Assembly: GCA_951406725.2 (NCBI GenBank)
Contig: OX597817.1
Coordinates: 108,438,001 to 108,502,000, forward strand
Source of the DNA: Octopus vulgaris
Taxonomy: Eukaryota
Reading direction: 5' to 3'
DNA: 64,000 bases
Position 1 is the first letter of the stretch; every line of letters starts with the position of its first letter. The translations under genes and the position numbers were made by a program. Shown one piece after another: positions 24,627 through 38,500 of the stretch. Under the pieces are notes generated by a model that saw only the letters and a list, made by a program, of their open reading frames with translations, was not told the DNA's origin and made no database searches.

Positions 24627-24714
24627 TGGAAGGAACCACTATGTGGACGCTATTATGCTAGAAATAGATCCGCTATGGTCTTACCACTAAGAAATGTTCT
24701 CAAGAGCATTTGGT

Positions 24715-24945
24715 ATAAGATAAAAATTTCAGATATTTATCATAGACATTCAGACAAGTAAATTCACAATTCAGATGTATGACATGCGATATTATTCCAT
24801 TGAAATAGCCATATATCTATATTCAGACAGAGATGATTAAAATATTAAAATATAAGACTACAGAGATACAAAATACAAGGTGTAACATGCAAGTAGTAAA
24901 TATAGTTAGAATGGATTAAGGAGGCGATATATATATATGTATAAA

Positions 24946-25043
<98 letters not shown>

Positions 25044-25235
25044 TAAGATAAACATTTCAGATATTTGTCTTAAACATTTACACAATTCAGATGTATGACG
25101 TGTGATATTATTCAATTCAAATAACCACATATTTATATTAAAACATAGATGATAAACGTATAGAATATTAACATAGAAAATATAAGGAGTAACATGAAAG
25201 TAGAAAATATAGTTAGAATAGATTAAGCAGGCGAT
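24715..25235. repeat. Two diverged direct copies of a ~200-bp unit separated by (CA)n/(TA)n
   Basis: 24715-24928 and 25043-25235 share ataagataaa..tttcagatattt..cacaattcagatgtatgac..gatattattc..taacatg..aatatagttagaat.gattaag.aggcga. Confidence 0.85.
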
Positions 25236-25274
25236 ATATATATATATAAACACACGTATATAAACACATATATA

Positions 25275-25324
<50 letters not shown>

Positions 25325-25360
25325 AGCCTAAATATGTGTAAACATATATATATTTATGTA

Positions 25361-25398
<38 letters not shown>

Positions 25399-25400
25399 AT

Positions 25401-25496
<96 letters not shown>

Positions 25497-25783
25497 ATAT
25501 ATATACAGGGGTTGGACAAAATAATGGAAAAACTTAGTATCATAGCATCATTGATGGAAATGGGTCGTTCTTTATATTACTTGTCTTGTTTTCCATTTGT
25601 TTCTCTCGTTGATGCATACATAAACTTTGTTTTCGTATCTCATGTTGTTTAAGTTTTATACGTCTTGTACCCATATATGGATATATATATATATATGTTT
25701 ATATAGATCAATAATTACATATATATATATAATATAAATAGTATATGCATATATACATATATGTACGTACATACATATAAATG

Positions 25784-25860
<77 letters not shown>

Positions 25861-25882
25861 ATATATATAAATATGTGAATAA

Positions 25883-25930
<48 letters not shown>

Positions 25931-26035
25931 ATATAAGACACAGAAATCATTTTTTTATTCTCAAACGCCTTATAATGCTAGTAAAACAGCGTGAACAGGA
26001 TAAATTATCCATACATTTCAGAAAATTCTGTTACC

Positions 26036-26109
26036 GGCCAGCTAAAGAGACACGAACTCACATCCCTGTGATTACGCGTCAAGTGCTTTGCCATTAAACT
26101 AAACTACCC
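26036..26109 (-). pseudogene. tRNA-like sequence (Thr-CGT-like; probably a SINE head or tRNA pseudogene)
   Basis: Minus strand GGGTAGTTTAGTTTAATGGCAAAGCACTTGACGCGTAATCACAGGGATGTGAGTTCGTGTCTCTTTAGCTGGCC. A box, anticodon arm and GAGTTCG T-loop are visible; stems are imperfect. Confidence 0.6.
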
Positions 26110-26529
26110 AGTACCGAATTTTCCTGCAATTTTAGAACTTATGAATTTAGCTTTATAAGACGCTAACGTTAAATTCGATTTACGATGAAAGTAAACAAAT
26201 TTGTTTTTAGAAGCGTTGAGATGAATTGAAAGACAGAGAAATAATATTTTTTATTCTCAAACGCGTGGTAACGCTAATAAAATAGCGTGAACAAGATAAA
26301 TTATCCATAATTTATCCTGTTCACGCTATTGGTTGCAAAATAAAGTTCGTATTTCGTATTTCACGTTGTTTTCGTATTTCATGTTGTTTACATTCTGTGA
26401 CGTCCTGTGCCCATATATGCATATGTATATACATATATATGTAAGTAAGTACATATATGTATATATGTAAACATATATTATTTTTATTATTATATGATTG
26501 AACGCAACGCATCCATTTCCAAATAAGTT

Positions 26530-26615
<86 letters not shown>

Positions 26616-26832
26616 ATCTATCTATCCATCTATCTATATTATTTATCGTATTTTATCCTATTTCTGCCTCTCTGATCTTTCCTTTTCTCTTATTTTTATT
26701 ATGTTTCTATATAGTAAACATTCTCTTCTCTCAATTATATACTTTGTACTCGTTTTTCTATCTTTATCCCTTTCCCTTCGATTATTTCTCTATACTAAAG
26801 TAACATCTTTTCTTCCCAAATAATCGTATATT

Positions 26833-29096
26833 ATGGAGACAAGCAGACGAAGCTTCGTACAGCGCCAAATTGAGGCTAATAAAATGATGCGTCGAAACTG
26901 GCAATTTGAGAAAATTCGTCTTTTTGTTCAAGCATGGAGCTTGGCCGAGGGATCACCATCATATGATCTAATAGCAGAGACTCTGGATAGCTATAATTTC
27001 TACAGGTCCATGGCCCAGATTGAGCCGAAGAAACAGGAGTTCATACGCTCCTATGATCTTATAAAGCCATATCTTGACCTAGAGGCGAAAAGGCTGCATA
27101 CGGGACAATGAAGACCCTCTGTGCTCTGCTCAAACCCAGGATGACACAAAGAAGGCAAATGCCACCAGAACTACAAAGGTTCTGAAAGCTGCAATGGCTG
27201 TAGTGAATATAGTCAGAACAGTACCAGACTAAAAGACAGATAAGAAAACAGACAAAGCAGCTAGGAAAACTTGAACACTAACAATCCCCAAACTCAAGCA
27301 TGAACCTATACAAAGAAACAGATTATCTGTAAATTTTACATGAATGGCACCTGCTGGCATAGAGAAATTTTACATGAATGGCACCTGCTGGCATAGAGAA
27401 ATTTTACATGAATGGCACCTGCTGGCATAGAGAAATTTTACATGAATAGCACCTGCTGGCAAATTTATGTGTGCTATATCGCAAACACCACCAGAATAAC
27501 AAGCAAGCTAACCGTCCACGACAAAAGAAAGTGGAAACCATAAATCTTGGACCTACGAACCCATAATCCACCAACACGAACCAACAGGTCTCACAAGGAA
27601 AAGAGTTCACACATACCCTCTATTTCCCATAAAAGGCAATATGCAGAGGCTGTGCGAACTGCAGCTACTGAACAACAAGCTTTTTTAAGCATGGCCCAGA
27701 AAATAGTTCGGCAACTAACGTGGCTACAAAGGATGCAGAATCAAAGATGATGGATCCAGGACGGCCACCCCTAACACCGGTAAATCCTGCACAAATATCA
27801 CACCCATATTTCAACTGAATATCTGGGACCTATTGCGAACGTGTAGCATAGAAAATTTCTCTACCTGAAAGACCTTGCTGCATGCAATCAAGAAATATGC
27901 ATGGCACTTAGAGAGACGCATCTAACATCTAATATAGCAGATGCAGAAATACACATACCAAAGTATGCGTATTTCGAACAGACAGAAGAGATAGAAGACA
28001 TGGAGGAGCTGCCATGTACATCCGTGAAGATGTCACACCCTTAGTACTGTTGTCAGATTCAAACTCAGCCTGCGACACTTTAATATCACACATAAAACAA
28101 ATTGATGTAATTGTATGTACAACATACTGTCCATTGTCTAGTATAGGCAGACTGTGTAGCCAGTTTTGATTGTGGATCTCTTTACAGATTAATTTCCGGT
28201 TTGCTTTGTGAAAATTTAGGTTGGATATGGCTTGAGTCCTCCTAATTGGGTGGGTGTCAACAGTTTTCCTCGGACCTTACATTACTGTTTATAGAAGCCC
28301 TCTTAGACATGCCCACGGTCATTCCAGTCATTCCACTGTCACTAGCTACGCCGATGATACAACATTTTCTCAGGCAATAAAGTATCCTAATGATGTAAAC
28401 CTGCAGAACGACCTAAATGCAATATACAAGTGGGAAGAGCAACACAATATGCAATTAAATGCTGAAAAATTCCAAGCATTGCGCTATAAGATCACAACTA
28501 CTCCACAACCGGCATTTACAGGACCCGGAAGTAGTGCAATCGCAGATTCACAAACAGTGACAGACTTGGGCATCAATATGTGTAACGAGGCATAATTTCA
28601 CATGCACATTATCAAGTTGGCAGCAAGGTGCAGGCAACTGGGGGGATGGATACTAAGGATATTCAGGACAAGAGATCAGGAGGTCATGTTGACTCTATGG
28701 AAGACATTTGTTCTCAGTCACCTAGACTACTGACAGAGTGTCAAGCTAGAAACTGAGCTTGAAGCAATCCAGCGTCACTGCACTAAAAGGATTGCTACAG
28801 TCCAACAGATGAACTACAGGGAGATACTGAAGGAACTGCGACTTTACTCCCTAGAGTGCACACGTGATAGATGTGTAATAATTTACAAGTGGAAAATAGG
28901 GAAGGGCTAGTACCTAATTCTGGCATCAAGTGTTATATGGATGTTCGTACTGGACGCCACTGCATAGTACCGAAGGAACCGTCTAATGCACCTAATATAA
29001 AAACAAGGTACTGAATACCCTAAGCTTCAGATGACCACAGCACTTCAGTGCTCTGTCAAAACAATTGAGAAACTTACACGATATAGATGTGGAAGT

Positions 29097-29098
<2 letters not shown>
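26833..29098 (+). mobile_element. Decayed LINE with ORF1 remnant, APE endonuclease and RT
   Basis: ORF1-like region with CKFYMNGTCWH (CCCH-like finger); endonuclease pieces LRETHLTSNIADAEIHIPKY..DRRDRRHGG; RT SYADDTT..LQNDLNAIYKWEEQHNMQLNAEKFQAL..DLGI and LWKTFVLSHLDY. Confidence 0.88.
27331..27460. repeat. 34-bp tandem repeat, ~3.8 copies, inside LINE ORF1
   Basis: AAATTTTACATGAATGGCACCTGCTGGCATAGAG repeated head-to-tail, nearly identical. Confidence 0.95.
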
Positions 29099-29150
<52 letters not shown>

Positions 29151-29412
29151 ATATGAATATATATAAATATAAATATGTATAAAATTAGAAATATTACATC
29201 TCTAAATCTCTCAGAGAAATTTATACAGTATCAGCACGATAAAGTGATGGTTTCTTGCCAATTAATGTGGCAGTCCCAGGAAAGGTAAAAATGCTACTGC
29301 TATTTAGCTTCAGGAAACACCGTTTCCAGCTGGCCATGTGACACAAGCGTTTTGTGTCTTTATCTTTTCAAATAGGAGAGATAAGAACCTCCACCCAGCA
29401 AAGCCAGCAGTT

Positions 29413-29449
29413 AGAGACTAGTTTCATAGTTATAGCTCATCATCAGTCT
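29413..29449 (-). ncRNA. Minimal hammerhead motif (weak stems) in a microsatellite-flanked module with 50-bp inverted arms
   Basis: Minus strand AGA-CTGATGA-tgagctataactat-GAAA-CTAG-TC-TCT: intact core, palindromic helix III, GUC triplet. Inverted arms at 29462-29511 and 29664-29713. Confidence 0.6.
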
Positions 29450-29577
29450 GGAGTAACTCACCTCATAGGTAAATTTTACAAAATATTTTATAATTATATA
29501 CATAATTATAACAAGGATAGGCTTCAGGCCTCACCACGCACTATGAGAAATAGACGCTAAAGCCCTTAATTACTTCT

Positions 29578-29646
<69 letters not shown>

Positions 29647-29773
29647 TTAATAATAAAAAAAAATTATAACTATGTATATAATTATAAAATAATTCGTAAA
29701 ATTTACCTATGAGATTTTTATTTACGCACTGACTACCTGGTAAAATTATTATTGATCTAACCCTGTATTACAA

Positions 29774-29821
<48 letters not shown>

Positions 29822-29942
29822 AAACGTATATATACATATATCTAAACATATATAAACGTATATATCGATATCTATAGATATATAGATATGCATATATATG
29901 TATGTATTTTTCAACACGCACACACACATATATATATATACG

Positions 29943-30024
<82 letters not shown>

Positions 30025-30075
30025 ATATATACATATACGTGTAAATATGAATATCTATATATATTTATGTGTAAA

Positions 30076-30125
<50 letters not shown>

Positions 30126-32849
30126 ACATATATATATGACCAACAGCATTCCAATCATGACTCTCCCGTCTTTCTATAAGTAACTACGACTATATTATCC
30201 ACTATGTCCAAATTAATTTAATGTGAGATTTGGTTTTACTTGCCTTGTATTTTTAGCAAATCAGATGACTACAAAATCTCTCTGTCTAATATTCTGTAAT
30301 ATACACTGGAGTAGGTTCAATGGATTAATTACTTCACTCCAGAACAACAGATTGATAAAACTTTTCTTCCTATCAAAAGAAACGAGTATTAAGATATATA
30401 TCCAAAAGTTGTGAATATATCTAGAACTTGTTAAATGTTCTTGTGCGAAAGAATAATTAACTTTTACTCATTTTATCAAGAGTATAAAGATGAATATCAT
30501 CTGAAATACCTAACAAAACACACAAGCATCAGTTACTCCATTTATTTAATGTCTTTAGTGATGCTACTACAATAATAACATTTACATATCAAATGATCAT
30601 ACCACACGTAGAAGATCAGTTGAACACAATACAGCTTCGTATTCTGGATATCTTTTCCCCAACATTAAAGCCTAACAATTGGCAGGAATGCTTTGTGTTC
30701 TTTCGCTACTCCAAATTACAGTCTTGTTAACGGTTCTGTTACTCAGGTTGTTTTTTGTTTGTTGTAGAATGTCATTTCATTCTCCAACTCCGTCTTTGTG
30801 ACTAGTAAAATCAGCAACACGATCATTTTAAGTCAGTCGATTTTTACATCCATTCATGTTATATGTTGCCATACAACATAAAACCATTGAGTTTTTATCA
30901 ACCAACTCACCACTCCCTTGTCTCTCTAATATTGATAAAGACATTTTGTTTACTGCAACTAATGCTTCTTTATATTTTAGCTGTAAACTGTTCCAACCGT
31001 AAAACATTTATGTTCCTCTTTCGTCTTATGCCAACTTTCTTTCCATAACTATCATTTTCTTTTTGCATCTTAAAATAATTTGATCAAATTTCATGTTTTC
31101 GTTTTCATGGATATAACATTCTATATTATTTTCCCTTCAAAGTTTTACTCGATTCAAATTTTTTTCCAGTTTGCTTTTACCTTATTTTACTTCATGTAAG
31201 AAAAAATTGTTTTTACCAACTTCAAATAAATGGTGCTAGGTGTGAAAACGTTAAGAGAAGTATATCAGCTTTGTTGATATAAATGTATGAATTTTGTAGT
31301 TTACATACACATACTAAAACACATATTTTGCTAGTAAATTACATTAAATATACCATATTGTATCAATTTTTTTTAACGTGCATCTTTTTACGATTTTTTA
31401 CCCCTGTCTTCGAGCAAATATTCTATATACTTTCTGTAGTGGAAATCATTTGGTGTTGTGTTCGCCAAATATATTTCAAAGATAGTTTTATGAAATTCAA
31501 ACATATGTGCTTGGAAACATTCAGTTACTATTCCAAAAAGAACTTCTCTAACTTTTTCTTTGCTCAATGTAGTATCCTGAATTTCATTTAACATTGTTTC
31601 CAAGATCTTTTAAGTAACTAAACGTATATTTCTAAAACCATATATGTAAGGATTGATATTTCACAATAGAATGGTTAAAAGTTAGAATACCGATCAAATA
31701 CTTTTTTGATAAAGAAACTTGACCAAGACTTCTCCATAATAATGGTTTCAAATTTTGGTACAAGACCAGTAGTTTTTGAGGGGATGGGGAAGTTGATTAC
31801 ATCGGTCAAAGTACTTGACTGGTACTCATTTTAACGACCCGATATGAAGAAGGCAAATATCCCTTGGTGGAAATACTTCTCCATAACAATAACAACGATA
31901 TGAATTATAATCTATTGAAGAGACTCAACGGAACTTCTCCATCTGTTAAAGTAATGCAGTCCTAGATACACTATTCTCAAAAGCACCTGTGGTGATGTCT
32001 AGAAAGAACTTTAACATTGGTTGACTCAATAAAAGTTGAGGTGAAATTAAACAACATTATTTCTTTTTGTTGTTATTTAGTCACAGATCAGACATGAAGA
32101 AGTACTTCAGCCGTGATCACCCCGTCTTCTTTTGATGTATATCGTATCTAGAACAACACTACTACCGACAACAAAACAACTACAATAAAATAAATAACTG
32201 CAAGATTCTACCTTTCATCACCACTGGAAAGCAAAAGCAACGCCATCAGAAAAGCACATCTTGTTATAATGACTGTGTCAGTCGACGAAGTGAGTAACAC
32301 ACGTGAGAATCCTACTGTATAAACGCACCGATAACATAGAATGAAAACTTACAATAACTAACTCTAACATAGACATAGAAATACCTGGAAGATGTATGAA
32401 CTGTACCGGAATGTGTTTCTATAAATGCAGTACTGGAAGATGATGACAATGCTTAGCCAGTACAAGGAGGTTATGGGATTCAATATCCTTCCTTAACAAA
32501 GTAGAACATGATTGCTTACAGAGTCCTATGTACCAGCAAATTTTAGTTTACCTCTCTGAAGAATGTGAGTGGTGGATGATAGCTGAAAAAAAGCTCATAA
32601 GCTATACTTGCTGCAGGGTCGCTTTTTGTCGTTCCTAACACCTCTGACTCCAATAACAAAAAATGTCACAGTAGCAACAGCCGTATGAGAAATACAATAA
32701 CACTCAGTATACTGATAAGAAAGAGCAACAGCAGCAACAAAAAACAACTTCTAAAGCCAAATCTTGCAAATAGAACAGAAGTGCCCTTTCCAAAAACCGA
32801 ACAACATTCATATGCAACCCGATATGCAGTAACAAGCAAAAACGCCATC

Positions 32850-34700
32850 CGCGAGACCAGAATTTCCGAAACATATCAACTGGTCATCCTTTTGACTTCT
32901 TTCGAGCAGCCAACTTTCAACGGCATGGTAGGACTGTTTCAGAAAAACCTGGGTCTAGAGATGAGCACGATACTTCTTGATTCGGTGTTGGTGGTCCTGG
33001 ATGTAAAAACAATGATGGCACTGATGTTTTCAAGCTAGTACTGTTTACGCCCGGGCACGTGATGTCTCAGATACCTTGAGACATATCTTAGAACACAGTA
33101 CTCATTAGTGGCATTAGTTGACTAGAGTGGCATATTGGAAGCATGTAGGCATTCAGTGAGAACGAGACAAATGTTGCAAAATCTCGAAGACTACTCAGTT
33201 CCAACTGTCTGAGAGGTAACATCTAAATTTCCCGAATATGCACATGCAAACCCGGAAAAACCATTCGAGTTGCAACAGATTCGGTTACTTAGTGAAAAAT
33301 ATCCCCAAATTCATGGTCTGTTTGGTCAGTAGAAAGAGATATGGTTAATAGAAGATCAACAGGTTTTTCGAGTATAGAAAGCTTTCAAGGATTAGATTAG
33401 CGAATAATTTAAGCTGGATTTGTCGGGTGCTACCATAAGCAATAGATGTGGTGTCTAATAAAAAGAGAAATATTAGACCAATATATTAGTCCTAATAAGG
33501 AAACAGTGAACTAAGGAGAGTGGACTTTCTTACCAACCTCGACGGTTAGGGTCAGCTATTACCAGGAGAAGTAAAGTGTTGTAAAAGGTTAACGACATAT
33601 GAGTTACGGGAGGTACTAAGTGAATGTGCAAGGGGCAAAACAGCGGTTTGGATTGTACGCCAAACAAACATTATAGTCACATACCTGACTTGTTCGCTAT
33701 TGCATTCGCATACGTCTGTTGCAGCTTCAAGCAAACTAAAATAATTCTTAGTTGCATGAGAAATGTGGGGAAGGACTGCTGAGGCTGGATGCAGAAAATT
33801 TGGAGGTTGTTGGTAATTTCAACTTAATGTCTCTGTTAAAATCAATGCTAAAGATTTTGGCCAAAGTACTCGTAAAAATGTTAGCACTTACCCTCTGTGG
33901 TGTGGCCGATTCCACACAGTCCTCATTAATTGCTAGTAAAGCCGTCCAGAACAGAGGCCTCTACCGAGAGACAAAAGAGAGCTATGTTTTTAAACGCAGT
34001 CGCCATCTTAGTAATGCTGTCAGACATTATGGAAGTCAGAATGGTCGTCAAATTGAATGAATATGAAGTAGTTATGGGAGTACGCATTAATGAAGTGACA
34101 AGTCATTCGATTTATGGAGATACATATCCACTGAACTTAAGGTCTGGTTGAAATGTTTGGGGTTTAGATGTGTTCACACCTCAGGGTGTTAAAGCCAGAC
34201 TTGCTTGACTTACTCAAAAACACGTTGAGAGTCTGAGAAGTCGGGTAGAGCTAGCGAACGCCTGAATCGCTTTTGCAATGAATAATCACCTCATCTCCGC
34301 GTCTTACGTAGACCGTATCTGACCAGAAGGAGTCACCAGTTAATTTATTTATATTCCGAGACAGTGAATAGGTATTGCTCTCTTTCCACAACTCTCTATT
34401 ACTGAGATTCTCTCCTGGGTCAAACCGGAGAATGTAGGTAGCAAGATAACAACCTTACATTCCTTAGAAAACAGGAAGCGGTTATGAACAACGCTGTCCT
34501 GATGGATATGTTGAATTTCAATGAATATCAACTGAGCAATCTCTTCCGGCAAACTTACAAGATACAATAGTTTGGTAGTAGTGCTGTGTAAATTACAGTT
34601 TTGGTACAAGCTCTGTATTCATGCCTCCAGTCAATGCTGGGATTAACAGAGAGCGACAAAACCATTTCTCCACGCTTTGGTTCAACTAAATATAGGTTAG
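32850..34700 (+). mobile_element. Heavily decayed L1/Tx1-like LINE
   Basis: LVVLDV..LVTVYA-like endonuclease piece near 32990. NFNLMSLLKSMLKILAKVLVKMLAL...TQSSLIASKAVQN resembles NFRPISLLN.D.KILAKVL..RL...Q..F.PGR.IQDN. Boundaries are uncertain. Confidence 0.6.
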
Positions 34701-34845
34701 GACCGATCTGGATGTCAGCCAAGTCTATCTTGAATGAAGGCTCATCAGCGTTTTAAATTGGTAAAAAATGGACAGAACTTTTTGTCTCAGGTCATTCCCT
34801 CATATATATATATATATATATATACATGCCGCCTTATATATATAA

Positions 34846-35074
34846 GGCGGCGACCTGTCAGAAACGTTAGCGCGCCGGGCGAAATGCTTAGCGGTATTTC
34901 GTCTGCCGTTATGTTCTGAGTTCAAATTCCGCCGTAGGTTGACTTTGCCTTTCATCCTTTCGGGGGTCGATAAATAGACCATCAGTTACGCACTGGGGTC
35001 AATGTAATCGACTTATTCCCTTTGTCTTTCCTTGTTTGTCCCCTCTGTGTTTAGCCCCTTGTGGGCAATAAAGA

Positions 35075-35077
<3 letters not shown>
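34846..35077 (+). mobile_element. tRNA-derived SINE with a central GTCGACTTTGCCTTTCATCCTTTCGGGGTCGATAAA domain (Meta-SINE-like)
   Basis: A box and GAGTTCAAATTCC B box. Decayed copies at ~23580-23700(-), 31740-31870(-), 39290-39495(-), 47500-47700(+), 48850-49060(-), 54030-54190(-), 58670-59270(-) and 63960-64000(+). Confidence 0.85.
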
Positions 35078-35118
<41 letters not shown>

Positions 35119-35347
35119 GCATGCACATACACAACTCACACACACACACACACACACACATATATACACGCACACACAATGTCCTTCACATTCAGAAAAT
35201 TTATAAATGTTTGTTTTTAAATGAAGAATACGCATGTGACTCCACATTTCGTATAGAGTTCCTTATCAACTAATGTTCTATAAAACGTCTCATCTAACAG
35301 ACCTCCAATATGTTAAACACCTATATATTACATTATCCATTTATTTT

Positions 35348-35456
<109 letters not shown>

Positions 35457-36631
35457 ATGTCTATTGATTTTCACGCGGCAAAGTTTTGTGATACATATTT
35501 TGCTAGAATTTGGTAACAAAATCGAATCAGACCTTTAAATGGCTTGCATTTGTGATATTCTAAATGAATATTTGTAAATATTTAAACACAACAGTTTTCC
35601 GTTTCACTTTCCGTGATCCACCTCGCTTTGTTCAATTTACTGTCATTTACAGCCAGCTGGCGGGAAGAAGTAGCAAGCAACAACTTCCTTGTTACATGCT
35701 GAAAGAAGTCAAATCAATTACTGATGATGCAGCTGTCATAAAGTTCAGATAAAATCACTATAAGGTTATTGTGGGTGTAGGAAACAGTTGATAGCAAGAA
35801 AGCTTATTGTGAATCTTAGAAAATAATTTTTATGAAATGAATAAATATCAGTTTATTAAAGAATAGCAACAGAGCAATTAAATGCTGAATTTATTACTGT
35901 ACTTTCTAAAGTTTTGCGGCCGTGATTTAACTTCGAAGAAGAGCAATGAATATAAAAATAACAAAACAGTAATAGAGACAATAGCGGCGATGACAACGAC
36001 GACGACGACGGTAACAACGATTGCATAAGACCCAAAGTAAAACGAAGCACCACGAAACTAAAGCAAGAATGTAGACATAAATGTTATAATTTGTCTTCGT
36101 TCGAATTTGTTCAGAATTGCTAATTATATGAATTATATTTCTTATTTGCAATGATTTGCTTGGAGAGGAATGTTACTGCAAATTGCTGTTTGGTTCGATG
36201 TTAGCTATTTCCATAGGCGTTCCAGCTGCGACTACTTCGTCTTTCATGTAAAGACATTGCATGTGGGACCGCACTGTCTAATGTGTCTGAATTTTTTTCT
36301 AAAACGGTAGAATGCGATTTTGTGCAAGTTTGGCTGCTGTTTCTAGTAAGTCAGTATCCACCCATTGATTAGTATTGGTTGAAGTAGCATTATTTTATTA
36401 CTTTACAATACAGACGCAATGGTGAATAAAATGTTTGGAGCTGTGTTTAGAGAGATGAACTAAATTTGGGAAGAGGTCAATTAACGACGTGTAAACTCTG
36501 GATGGCGAACAGGGTAAAGATGATAATATGCCGGATTAAACGATTTAACTATATTTAGTTCGTGTTGTTTTATCTTAATTCTGCGTTAAAATTCTGTTGA
36601 TTGGTTCTAGTAGTAGTAGTAAAGAACAAGA

Positions 36632-36686
<55 letters not shown>

Positions 36687-37100
36687 GTGAACACAGCCTT
36701 ACAATAAGAGAAAAAAAACCTAACGTGGTTCTGTTGCAAATGTGAATTGGGATAAAATCTCGTAAAAATCGATTTCATTCAGTTTTAGAAGTTGATATAA
36801 AATCGAACAAACTTTTTCTAATGTCTGAGAATTGGTGGATACATCTCATTAATATAAATTAATTTTACAAAATATTTCATATTAATTTAATCTTATTCTA
36901 ATTCATAAGAACAATACGTGATAAATTTAGAAAATTTTACGGTGAATAGTAGGATTTGCAGTTAAAAAATGTTATCATATACAACACTGGTGAAATTAAA
37001 TTTCCCGTATAGAAATAGGATGAAATTATGTGGGCCAGTTACCTTAAGAATAATGAACAGTAAGAAGTAGTTTATACCTTGAATCCCTATTATAGAATAT

Positions 37101-38500
37101 CGATAATCTTCCTTCTTCGTAGTAACCTATATCTCATTTGCGTATAGGAGCGCAGGTAGGATGGTGCTATTGAAAAGTTTGGCACGTATGGTATTGACCA
37201 GTTCTGATTTGAGCACATCTTTTATTGAGGTAAACACCTTCTAACTAGCCCTTATTCTCATCGAGATTTCAGCATCTATAGCTCGGCGTATATCCACTTT
37301 GTGCCCTAAGTAGATGTACTCCTTTACCTCCTCCATTTCATCGCTTCCAACCTCTATTCGGCCCTGTGCTACATCTTCGAACCGCGTGTTTTTTTGTTTC
37401 GATGTGGTTCATTTTCAGGCCTACTGGGTGTCCAGCTCTGTCAGTATGGTCTGCAGCTGATTTGTGACTTCTGCGTTGGGTACAATGTAAATTGCGAATC
37501 GGAGATGTGTTAGTAGCTCGCAGTTAATGTTCACTCTATCTGCTCAGAAAATGTCCATGATGACCATTTCTAGACATACGGTAGAGAACTTTAGCGAGAT
37601 TGGACCTCCTTGTTTGATGCCATCCGAACTGGAACTCTTACTGGTGGTGATGGCAGAGCTATGTCAATTGTGCATACTGAGTTCGCATCTTTGAGCAGTT
37701 TGTGTATTGCACCTCGACATTGCATTTTTAGAGATTTCAGCAATGCATTCATTTCGAAGCTATAGCTTTGCAGAGAACGGAATACTTTGGGCTATATTTC
37801 ATGTTACCCCTCATAGTTTTTTCGTTTCTCTAAACATTTTCTTTGTCTCTTCTGTCAGGGTCCTGCTAGATTGCAATTCTCATCCTCTACACACAACTAT
37901 AATTTTCTGGACCAGTGAATTGTAGTGCTCATCAAGCTCTTCAAGTTGACTCCAAATTTTCCTCTTGATAGCATTCTGCAACTGCGTCCCATCGAAGGCC
38001 TTGAGCGTTGAGGCTTCATTGAGATGTGTAGAGCTTTTCTCTCTTTCTTTGTCGACCACGATTTAGTCAATCTCACTTTTATACTGCGCGGCTCCAGATT
38101 GCTTCCTGAATAGACTGTTCTCAATGTTTAGTATTCTTGCCGCTTCCATGTTAACTAAACGATCTCTTTCGTTTCCCGATCCATATTTTCCAACATATTT
38201 CTCTCCTTGCCATCTATTTCCAACCTTTTCTACGAGAGCATATTAGAATTTAGACAATTCGAGAACGTAGTGGCGTGAACGATGCGATCGCAGAATACCG
38301 AAAGTACAAACTCCGCTTGGCCGGAGATGTCGCAAGGTTCACAGACAACAGGTGGATCCCTGCAGCTACCGAGTGATATCCAAGAGATAAGAAAAGGCCA
38401 CTTGGAAGACATTTACAACGATGAGAAGATTTAATTAAATGATTTGGAACAAGATGGAAAAGAATGACGCAATGAAGAAAGAACTGGAAACTTATCGATG
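37101..38500. mobile_element. RTE-clade LINE with inverted 5' portion
   Basis: Minus strand 38225->37101: YVGKYGSGNERDRLV (endonuclease), IKQGGPISLKF, LTHLRFAIYIV (FADD), KLFNSTILPALLYANEI. Plus strand from ~38229: LREHIR..IRERSGVND..LAGDVARFTDNRW..YPRDKKRPLGR (RTE C-terminus). Confidence 0.85.

Noticed and set aside
26036-26109. Functional tRNA gene
   Set aside because: Acceptor, anticodon and T stems have mismatches, so it is kept only as a tRNA-derived remnant.
27331-27460. CRISPR-like 34-bp repeats
   Set aside because: Units are contiguous with no spacers, and the context is a eukaryotic LINE.
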